DNA of 61,664 nucleotides, filler included, from Bradymonadales bacterium (GTDB taxonomy: Bacteria > Bdellovibrionota > UBA2394), in assembly GCA_007693605.1 (NCBI GenBank). It is 4 parts of 4 records of this genome, joined end to end, with 100 filler letters (N's around TTAATTAATTAA, not from the genome) between each part and the next. Parts side by side here need not be neighbours in the genome. Positions count along the whole stretch, not along the records: positions 37,079 to 61,664 come from REDG01000030.1; 3 more parts are not named here. The stretch is one strand, 5' to 3'. Of this stretch, positions 54,909 to 61,664 are shown piece by piece. The notes beneath the pieces are model-generated. The model was not told the DNA's origin, made no database searches, and was given only the letters and a program-made list of their open reading frames with translations. Each line of letters starts with the position of its first letter. Position 1 is the first letter of the stretch. The translations under genes and the position numbers were made by a program.

Positions 54909-55208
54909 ATGAAAGTGGAGAACACACAAGACCTTGGTCTGTATATGCAACAGTTAAAGGCTTGGGCGCTTCAGCACTCGAATGAGTTGATTCTTTCCTC
55001 AATCGAGTCCGCGGAGAAAACTTCCTTTACGGCCTCGGAGCTGATCATCAAGTACGCTGAAACTCTTAAATTTTTGAAGTCGAAGCTGCCTGACGAGCTT
55101 CCCGCGACCTTGTCGGATCAGGTCGACGCTGCGATTCGTGTGGGCTTAGAGGCTGTTGAGACCATCGAGTATCCAAAGAAGAAGCGCCGCCTGTTTTCGC
55201 TTGGTTAG
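54909..55208 (+). CDS. Hypothetical 99-aa helical protein
   Basis: Starts 4 nt after sufB and fills the gap to the convergent gene; ends KKKRRLFSLG. Confidence 0.65.
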   Translation: MKVENTQDLGLYMQQLKAWALQHSNELILSSIESAEKTSFTASELIIKYAETLKFLKSKLPDELPATLSDQVDAAIRVGLEAVETIEYPKKKRRLFSLG

Positions 55209-55209
55209 C

Positions 55210-56010
55210 TTACTTTCGGGGTCGAAACAAAATGAGACTCAGATCATCGTGGAGGCTTGGGTCTTCTTTTTGGCGCGCTTCGACCATTTCGATCAGAGTT
55301 TGAAGAGCCTCTTCAGGCTCTCCCTTTCGAATCACTTCGAGGATGCTGTCTTGGGGAAGGCAATCGGTCAGTCCGTCTGAACAAATCAACAGTCGGTCGG
55401 TCGATTGGTATTCGAGAAATGGGCCCAATTCAATATTGAGATCAATTCCGCCAATGGCGTTCATGAGAAGGTGGCTTTCTTCGTGAGACAGGGCCTCGTT
55501 TTCAGCGATAAGACCGGAGGCTAGGGCATAACCCACGGGGGAGTGAGCGATGCTCCGATATCGGAGTTTCCCTTTTTGGCCCACCAAAAAGACCGAAGAG
55601 TCTCCAACAATATAAGGTCGAATATAGTCTGCGGTGATTTCGACGCTGGCCAGAGTCGTCCCCGCCCCTCGACCTTTGCGGTGGATTTTTTGGTTGGCGA
55701 GTTCAATCGAGTCGATCAGGCAGTTTCGCACGCGAGATACTCTCTTCGAGAGTCGTTTGTGAAGCTCTTGAAGAATGCTTTGAGAAGCCATCGAAGCCAT
55801 TCGTTGGCCGCTTACCCCGTCTGCAACACTTAAGATCAAAGCTTTTTGGTTCTCAATGACTGAAACCGCATCTTCGTTCTCAGTCTTCGAGTCAACGGAT
55901 TTTCGAGAAAACAAAAAGGCATCGCCTAGACTGTGCGATAGGGAGCAATAATAGGGATCATCCTGAGGGCGAGAAACAGAATGAGATAAGGCTGTAAAGC
56001 TTAGTCCCAT
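55210..56010 (-). CDS. PP2C/PPM family Ser/Thr phosphatase
   Basis: NEDA, VADG..G, GTT, VGDS, LLICSDGLTD, DDLS; overlaps the kinase stop. Confidence 0.92.
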   Translation of the reverse strand: MGLSFTALSHSVSRPQDDPYYCSLSHSLGDAFLFSRKSVDSKTENEDAVSVIENQKALILSVADGVSGQRMASMASQSILQELHKRLSKRVSRVRNCLIDSIELANQKIHRKGRGAGTTLASVEITADYIRPYIVGDSSVFLVGQKGKLRYRSIAHSPVGYALASGLIAENEALSHEESHLLMNAIGGIDLNIELGPFLEYQSTDRLLICSDGLTDCLPQDSILEVIRKGEPEEALQTLIEMVEARQKEDPSLHDDLSLILFRPRK

Positions 56011-56732
56011 GACATCATTTCAAGAAAGCTCTTGAGCTTGCCGGCTGTTTTAAACTTTTTAAGAATCAGAGACTTTTTCAGCCCACAGCAAATCTCCTTC
56101 ACGGCTGCAGGTTGGCTTTGGTAGGTTCTGGCCCCTCCTAGGGAATCGTAAAAGACTCGAACCAGGTCGCAAACATCGGCTGAGATATTCTCAGGCCGAG
56201 CGGAACCCCACCAATACATATCGATGAGTTTGAGTTCGAAGCCCAAGCCGTGACTTGCAATCATAATATTATCGGTGTGAAGATCTCCGTGATATTCTCG
56301 CAGCTGATGAATCTTTTCCATTCCCTTGGCGAGAGCGTGAAGAAGATGAACCCCCTGAAAGGCGTGAAGTCTTTTGCCGGGCTGTCGCTTTAGAAAGTCG
56401 CTAAGCAATTCGCCTTCCACATATTCTGAAATCAGAAACGAGATCCGCTCTCCACGATTCCAGATGACCTCTTGAGTGTGGTACTGAATGAGAATGGGAC
56501 AGTTTCTCAGTTTATGAAGTTTTTGAGCATAGAACTTGAGGTTTCGATTGTGTCTGTTTCTTTGGGGGTAGAAGAACTTACCCGCCCGCTCGATTCCGGT
56601 GGAAAGCTCTGTCAGGCGATAGACTTCGCCCTCCCATCCCGCACCGAGTAGAGATTCGACTTGATACTTTTTTGCCAAAATTCGACCGGGTTCGAAATCA
56701 AATCCGGTCGAGCTATTGTTTTTAATTCCCAC
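56001..56732 (-). CDS. Stand-alone Hanks-type kinase with atypical motifs
   Basis: LGAGWEGEVY, AGK, ISEYVEG, HGDLHTDNI, KLIDMY; no TM or sensor domain. Confidence 0.88.
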   Translation of the reverse strand: MGIKNNSSTGFDFEPGRILAKKYQVESLLGAGWEGEVYRLTELSTGIERAGKFFYPQRNRHNRNLKFYAQKLHKLRNCPILIQYHTQEVIWNRGERISFLISEYVEGELLSDFLKRQPGKRLHAFQGVHLLHALAKGMEKIHQLREYHGDLHTDNIMIASHGLGFELKLIDMYWWGSARPENISADVCDLVRVFYDSLGGARTYQSQPAAVKEICCGLKKSLILKKFKTAGKLKSFLEMMSWD

Positions 56733-56756
56733 GCCTCATTTTAAGAGGCTCTTTTT

Positions 56757-57332
56757 CTAGAGTCGAGCAGGTTCTGAAAGTAGTCGTTCAATCTCTCGGG
56801 TGATCTTACGGCTTTTTGGCGAGGTCATCGAACGATAGCGAGCCATCAGACGGCCTTGTCGATCAACCAAGAACTTTTCAAAGTTCCAACGGACACTTCC
56901 ACCTAAGCCCTTTCGCTCAGACTCTTGAATGAGCTTTTGAAATAGGGGGCTCTGAGGCTCAGAGCGCACAGCGGACCTTTCAAGCATCGGAAAGCTAACT
57001 TGGTAGTTTTCTTGGCAAAAGATTCGAATTTCTTCGTTGCTGCCAGGTTCTTGACCGCCAAAATCGTTGCTAGGCACTCCAATCACACGAAAACCCTGAT
57101 CTTGGTAGCTTTGATAGAGCTTTTGAAGCTCGGCATACTGCTTTGTAAATCCGCAGCGAGAGGCTGTATTGACAATCATCAATACTTCCCCCTTAAAGTT
57201 TGAAAGCTTGAGGTCACCGCCTTCGAGGTCCCGAAGGGGGAGGTCAAAGATTTCTAGAAAGGCCTCAGGGCTCGGAGAGGGGTCAGAGCTTTTCGCGCCG
57301 AAAAGGAAGCTAAGAACTAAGAGGTTCAACAT
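56757..57332 (-). CDS. Glutathione peroxidase family protein (Cys-type), signal-like N-terminus
   Basis: VNTASRCGFT.QY, PSNDFGGQEPG, FC, WNFEKFLVD. Confidence 0.94.
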   Translation of the reverse strand: MLNLLVLSFLFGAKSSDPSPSPEAFLEIFDLPLRDLEGGDLKLSNFKGEVLMIVNTASRCGFTKQYAELQKLYQSYQDQGFRVIGVPSNDFGGQEPGSNEEIRIFCQENYQVSFPMLERSAVRSEPQSPLFQKLIQESERKGLGGSVRWNFEKFLVDRQGRLMARYRSMTSPKSRKITREIERLLSEPARL

Positions 57333-57381
57333 AAACTGAATCTATCGAGGAGCTTTTCTCTTGCCTAGAAAAATCTAATCT

Positions 57382-57401
57382 AATAATGATAATCATTATC
57401 A
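57382..57401. promoter_or_regulatory. Fur box
   Basis: AATAATGATAATCATTATC is 18/19 to GATAATGATAATCATTATC; perfect 7-1-7 TGATAATcATTATCA at 57387-57401. Confidence 0.85.
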
Positions 57402-57540
57402 GTTGAACACCTATAAAACCTAAGCGCAACCGAGGGGCTCTCTCCAAAATCTAAACGGGGAAGCCCCTCAATTCTTTAGGGACACCCCCCTTAAGGCTTC
57501 GGGTCATTTCGCACGGGCTTTCAAGCCTGTGTGCAGAACC
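57402..57540 (+). ncRNA. Candidate Fur-regulated small RNA (ends approximate)
   Basis: Directly after the Fur box; three hairpins (57432-57469, 57474-57496, 57511-57530), each with G-U pairs valid only on +; ACACCCC loop. Confidence 0.4.
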
Positions 57541-57582
57541 ATAGGAGCTTTCAGTTCGATGAGGCGGTGTGTTTGGCAGAGC

Positions 57583-58353
57583 CTAGGCGGCTTCTTCGTC
57601 TTCTTTTGGATCTTCGTCGAGCATCGCCATCAAGCGAGAAGAGATAATACTCGGAGAAGTTCCCATTTGAATATCTCGCACACCGACCTTAATCATCTCG
57701 TAGTAGAGGGCGTGTTCTTCGTTGAGAACGCCCAGCTTTCCTCCCATCGGAAGAAAGACCACATTCGCCGAGGTGATACCGTAGACGGTAGCGATAAAGG
57801 CGACGGCAATTCCTGGGCCGATCATTTCAGGGTTGTCGAGGTTCTGCATCACGATGATCAAACCCAATACGGCTCCGACAATTGCGATTGTCGGGGCGTA
57901 AGCTCCCATTTGGGTCCAAAACTTCGAGTAGAGTCCCTTCAGATGCATCTTGTGGTCGATTCGAGCCTCTAGAATCTGAGAAACAAGCGTGGGGTCTAGT
58001 CCGTCTACCGCATACTTCACGGCCTCTTTCAAAAGATGGTCTTCAATATTTCCTCGTTCCTTTTCAAGAGCGAGAAGACCGTCTTTTCGAGCCGTGCCCG
58101 CAAGGTTCGTGATTTGTTGAATCAAGCCTTCGTAATCCACATGCTGAGGTAGAAAGACCTGCTTGGCCTCTTTGAGGGCTCCCATGGAGATCTCCCAGGG
58201 CATATGCATAAAGGTTGCACCAAAAGCGCCCCCGATCACGATCATGGCGGCGGGACCCCCCAAAACATTCCTCATTTCTCCGCCCTCTAGAAGCAAACAG
58301 GCGATGATGGACCCTATGGCCAGAGGGAGTCCAATAACGGAAGCTTTTTCCAT
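57583..58353 (-). CDS. motA: Flagellar stator protein MotA/PomA
   Basis: LEGG, ARKDGLLALE, GAYAPTIAIVGAVLGLI, GIAVAFIATVYG, FLPMGGKL. Confidence 0.93.
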   Translation of the reverse strand: MEKASVIGLPLAIGSIIACLLLEGGEMRNVLGGPAAMIVIGGAFGATFMHMPWEISMGALKEAKQVFLPQHVDYEGLIQQITNLAGTARKDGLLALEKERGNIEDHLLKEAVKYAVDGLDPTLVSQILEARIDHKMHLKGLYSKFWTQMGAYAPTIAIVGAVLGLIIVMQNLDNPEMIGPGIAVAFIATVYGITSANVVFLPMGGKLGVLNEEHALYYEMIKVGVRDIQMGTSPSIISSRLMAMLDEDPKEDEEAA

Positions 58354-58493
58354 AACTTAAGAATATCAAACTTTTAGTCCATGAAAGCGAAGAATCTTCT
58401 CAGACTTCAAATTATATTCTGGGCTTAGTGCGGCGAGTCATTGAAGGGGAGCGCTGACTTTCCTTTCTCTGAATCTTTCGATAAGCAAAGGCG

Positions 58494-59156
58494 ATGCAGT
58501 ATTTTCTTGTTGGGCATAGTACTGAATTCTTGCCAATCGACGCTTATCGCTTTGGTCCGAGCACTGGGGCGGGGCTGCTTGTGCTGGGCGGCGTTCATGG
58601 CAATGAGCCAGAGGGGACTGAGCTGGCAGAAATGCTTCGAGCGGAGCTGATGAAAAGCTTTGACTTTCCGTTTCCTGTCTTGCTGATTCCTCGCTTCAAC
58701 CCAGAGGGTTTAAGTCGAGGCAGTCGACTCAACTCAAGAGGTGTCGATTTAAACCGAAATCTTCCCACCAAAGACTGGCAGGCTTCGGCCTTCAGCCCCA
58801 AGTACCCGCCCGGAGAATGCCCGGCGAGTGAACCCGAAACAAAGGCTCTACTAAGGCTCTTTGAAGCTCAAGAAGTCTTTGCCGCAATGAGCTTGCATTC
58901 ATTCGGAAGACCACTGATGAACACGAATGGAGATTGTGAGTTGTGGGCCAGAGCGATACAAGAGTGTAATGACTATGCGATTGAAGAGAGTATGGGTTAC
59001 CCAACGCCAGGCTGTTTGGGAACCTATTTGGGCATTGAGCGGGCTCGGCCTACGATCACTTATGAATTGAGGCGAGGCATGCCCATTCAAGAGATTCGAG
59101 AGCAGCATCTTCCTGCAATGATGGCCGCACTTGAGTATTGGAAAGGAAAGCAATGA
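58494..59156 (+). CDS. mpaA: Murein peptide amidase A-like M14 zinc carboxypeptidase
   Basis: GGVHGNEPEG, NPEG, R.NSRGVDLNRN.PT.DW, SEPET, SLHS, GYPTPG.LGTY, ITYE. Confidence 0.8.
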   Translation: MQYFLVGHSTEFLPIDAYRFGPSTGAGLLVLGGVHGNEPEGTELAEMLRAELMKSFDFPFPVLLIPRFNPEGLSRGSRLNSRGVDLNRNLPTKDWQASAFSPKYPPGECPASEPETKALLRLFEAQEVFAAMSLHSFGRPLMNTNGDCELWARAIQECNDYAIEESMGYPTPGCLGTYLGIERARPTITYELRRGMPIQEIREQHLPAMMAALEYWKGKQ

Positions 59157-59977
59157 GTTTCAGTTTAGAAAGACAGAAATTGATTCATGAGGCGTTTTTA
59201 GGAAATCAAGATCACAATTCTGCCGCTTGTCGAGAGGCAGTCGCAGACTGTCTTGAGCTTCTAGACAGTGGAAAGCTTCGCGTGATGGAGAAAGTGGATG
59301 GGGAGTGGAGGCTCAACACTTGGGCGAAAGAGGCGATCTTACTTTCCTTCAGAAGTTTAGAGATGAAATCGATTCAAGCGGGGGACTTAAGTTTTTACGA
59401 TAAGATTCCTGTAAAGAAGTGGTCGGCGAAGGAGGGGGTTCGGGTGGTTCCGCACGCGGTGGTTCGAAAGGGGGCTTTTGTTGAAAGGGGAGCGATTCTG
59501 ATGCCTTCTTATGTGAATATTGGGGCCTTTGTGGGAGAGGGGAGCATGGTGGATACTTGGGCGACCGTCGGCTCTTGTGCTCAGATTGGAAAGCGAGTTC
59601 ATTTGTCAGGAGGGGTCGGAATAGGGGGCGTCTTGGAGCCTGTTCAGGCTCAGCCCGTCATTGTTGAAGACGAGGCCTTTCTGGGATCTCGATCGATTGT
59701 GGTGGAGGGCGTTCACATCGAGGCTCGAGCCGTGTTGGGAGCGGGGGTGGTTTTGACGGCCAGCACTCGAATCGTCGATGTCACCGGAGCTAAGGAGAAG
59801 GAGTGGAAGGGACGAGTTCCGGAGGCTGCTGTGGTGATTCCTGGCTTTCGGCAGAAGAAATTTCCGGCGGGGGAGTATGGTGTGCCGGTGGCTCTGATTA
59901 TTGGATACCGAAGCTCCTCGACCGATCAGAAGACCAGCCTGACAGCAGCTCTCAGGGACTTCGATATCAGTGTCTAA
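59153..59977 (+). CDS. dapD: Tetrahydrodipicolinate N-succinyltransferase
   Basis: W.KEAILL.F, YDKIP.K, RVVP.A, MPSYVNIGA, DTWATVGSCAQIG, GGVLEP.QA.P; ATGA overlap. Confidence 0.96.
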   Translation: MSFSLERQKLIHEAFLGNQDHNSAACREAVADCLELLDSGKLRVMEKVDGEWRLNTWAKEAILLSFRSLEMKSIQAGDLSFYDKIPVKKWSAKEGVRVVPHAVVRKGAFVERGAILMPSYVNIGAFVGEGSMVDTWATVGSCAQIGKRVHLSGGVGIGGVLEPVQAQPVIVEDEAFLGSRSIVVEGVHIEARAVLGAGVVLTASTRIVDVTGAKEKEWKGRVPEAAVVIPGFRQKKFPAGEYGVPVALIIGYRSSSTDQKTSLTAALRDFDISV

Positions 59978-60049
59978 GGCAATTCTAACGAAGGAAGGGT
60001 GTATTCAGGGGGGCTTTTTTGTATCATCTTTTGAGAGGAGTTTGGCCTG

Positions 60050-60514
60050 GTGACAAAAAAAACAGCTGCTTTGAGCTGGAGAGTTTTTCTACCCACTTCC
60101 GTTCTGGTCGCGGGCCTGCTTTGGATTTATGCAAGTCGTTTGATTGCAGATATTGAGGAGACTCAAAGGCGCTATGTCGCTGCGGGCTCTGTTTTCTTGG
60201 AGTATGTGAATGAGCTCAATGGGGCGGCCTTTCGTGTTTGCCGCCAGGCCAAAGCTCAAGAAATTGCAGAGATTGAGGGCCTTCGAGAGGGAGATGTGGT
60301 TTTGGTCGCCAAAAAAACCGGAGAGGTTTTTCCTATGTCGGTTTTTGTGAGAAATCTTCATCGGTCAAAGATAAGAACGGAGTTTGAGAGCCTTCTTCGA
60401 CAGAGAGATTTAAGTATCTACAGTCTGCCCACCCGTTCTTGCTCGAAATGGGACGAGATCTTGATGCTTTACGATCAGAGAATGGCCGGGCCTTTATCCT
60501 TCGAAGAGAGCTAG
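60050..60514 (+). CDS. Hypothetical membrane-anchored protein
   Basis: GAGGAG SD, N-terminal TM, 154 aa. Confidence 0.65.
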   Translation: MTKKTAALSWRVFLPTSVLVAGLLWIYASRLIADIEETQRRYVAAGSVFLEYVNELNGAAFRVCRQAKAQEIAEIEGLREGDVVLVAKKTGEVFPMSVFVRNLHRSKIRTEFESLLRQRDLSIYSLPTRSCSKWDEILMLYDQRMAGPLSFEES

Positions 60515-60566
60515 TGGTCCAACTGGTAAAATGTCATTGCCCCGCAGAATCGCTTGGTATCAAGAC

Positions 60567-61538
60567 CTAAAGCTCGGCAAAACGATCTGTGGCTGAAATC
60601 AACTCACTGATGATTTCTCTTTCAAAGACAGAGTGACCTGACTGGGGGCAGATCTTAAGTTCGGCCTCGGGCCATTTTTGCGCCAGTTCATAAGCGTTTT
60701 CGACGGGGCAGACGACATCGTATCGACCGTGCACAATCACTGCAGGAATATGCCGATAGCGTTCAACTTGTTGAAGCAAATAGTCGTCAGTCTTGAAGAA
60801 TCCCAGATTTCGAAAGTAGTGATTTTCAATACAAGCAAAGGCCAAACAAAACTCATCGCTCACACCAAAAGTGGGGTCTTCAGTCTTGGCGGGAGCCAAT
60901 TGACTAGTCTGAAGCTCCCAGTGAGTCCAGGCTTTTGCGGCCCGCAATCGTTCTTGAGGATCAGAACTGCCCAGTCTTCTCCCGTAGGCGGCCACTAAGT
61001 CTGATCTTTCCTCTGCGGGAATCAAAGACGAATATTCCGCAAAGGCCTCAGGAAAAATCTTGCTCGCGCCCTCTTGGTAGAACCAATGAATTTCTTTTTT
61101 TCGCAGCAAAAAAATGCCTCGCAAGACGAGTTCTGTGATTCTTTCCGGGTAGGCTGAGGCGTAGGCGAGGGCCAGGGTGCTTCCCCAAGATCCCCCAAAA
61201 ACCTGCCATCGATCAATGCTCAGTTTCTTTCGAACTTGTTCGAGATCGTCGACTAGATCCCAGGTGCTATTTTCTCGGGTCTCGGCCAGGGGGCGACTTT
61301 TTCCGGCCCCTCTTTGATCGAGCAGAATGATTCGATACTTCTTGGGGTCAAAGAAGCGACGATGCCCATCCTGACATCCTCCACCCGGGCCCCCGTGAAG
61401 AAAGATGACAGGCTTGCCTTGTGGGTTTCCGGCCTCCTCGAAGTAGAGTTCATGAAGCCCTGAGACTCGAATGCGCTCAAATCGGTAGGCTTCGATTGGG
61501 GCATAAAGTTCTCGCTGGGGTCGGCCTGTCGCATTCAT
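60567..61538 (-). CDS. pip: Proline iminopeptidase
   Basis: LHGGPGGG, DQRGAG.S.P, VFGGSWGSTL, LVLRGIF, GRYDVVCP, GHS. Confidence 0.96.
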   Translation of the reverse strand: MNATGRPQRELYAPIEAYRFERIRVSGLHELYFEEAGNPQGKPVIFLHGGPGGGCQDGHRRFFDPKKYRIILLDQRGAGKSRPLAETRENSTWDLVDDLEQVRKKLSIDRWQVFGGSWGSTLALAYASAYPERITELVLRGIFLLRKKEIHWFYQEGASKIFPEAFAEYSSLIPAEERSDLVAAYGRRLGSSDPQERLRAAKAWTHWELQTSQLAPAKTEDPTFGVSDEFCLAFACIENHYFRNLGFFKTDDYLLQQVERYRHIPAVIVHGRYDVVCPVENAYELAQKWPEAELKICPQSGHSVFEREIISELISATDRFAEL

Positions 61539-61664
61539 CGGCTTCTAGCACTAACAGCATAGACGGACGGAGAAAAGCCTAAGATCTCGGGCGACTAAGC
61601 CCTGCTGGGGGTGATGTCCCAATAATCGTTAGGGTTTGAAAAAAGCGGGCTCCCCCGGATAGAA

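Noticed and set aside
57583..58353. motA as a ZorA-type defence gene
   Set aside because: Normal stator length, no long C-terminal tail and no zorB-E neighbours

Overview
Bacterial housekeeping-rich window made of four contigs joined by artificial 100-nt linkers (44 N + TTAATTAATTAA + 44 N at 25017-25116, 31007-31106, 36979-37078), so adjacency across gaps is not evidence. Gene content is compatible with an aerobic, flagellated Gram-negative organism, perhaps Bdellovibrionota or another former deltaproteobacterial lineage (weak inference). Contig 1: leuS-hemB-SDR, converging on a long minus-strand run actA-(unannotated 59-aa ORF)-actBCDEF-sco-caa3 oxidase (subunit IV fused to a cytochrome c)-ctaB-MFS-hpnN-gpmA, then a large secreted or membrane hypothetical. 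Contig 2: small membrane genes, yjbQ, an 826-aa secreted hypothetical and a tyrosine-integrase remnant, bounded by IS-like termini. Contig 3: dienelactone hydrolase, hpnO-like aminotransferase plus extended SDR, pilin-like peptide, nitrilase-family lipoprotein. Contig 4: bolA-grxD-grxC-sucAB divergent from gshA-gshB-ABC-2 pair-clpB-rrf2-sufCDSU-sufT-sufB, then gpx-Ser/Thr kinase-PP2C, orphan motA, mpaA-dapD, pip. Best leads: (1) a near-perfect Fur box followed on the + strand by three hairpins with G-U pairs and a C-rich loop, a candidate iron-sparing sRNA divergent from the gpx-kinase-phosphatase operon; (2) the minimal atypical kinase/PP2C module; (3) unusual ACIII-caa3 parts (small ORF, subunit IV-cytochrome c fusion); (4) a glutathione/BolA-Grx/ABC exporter/Suf cluster. 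No rRNA, tRNA or CRISPR array was recognised. All family calls are by eye; no searches were run.
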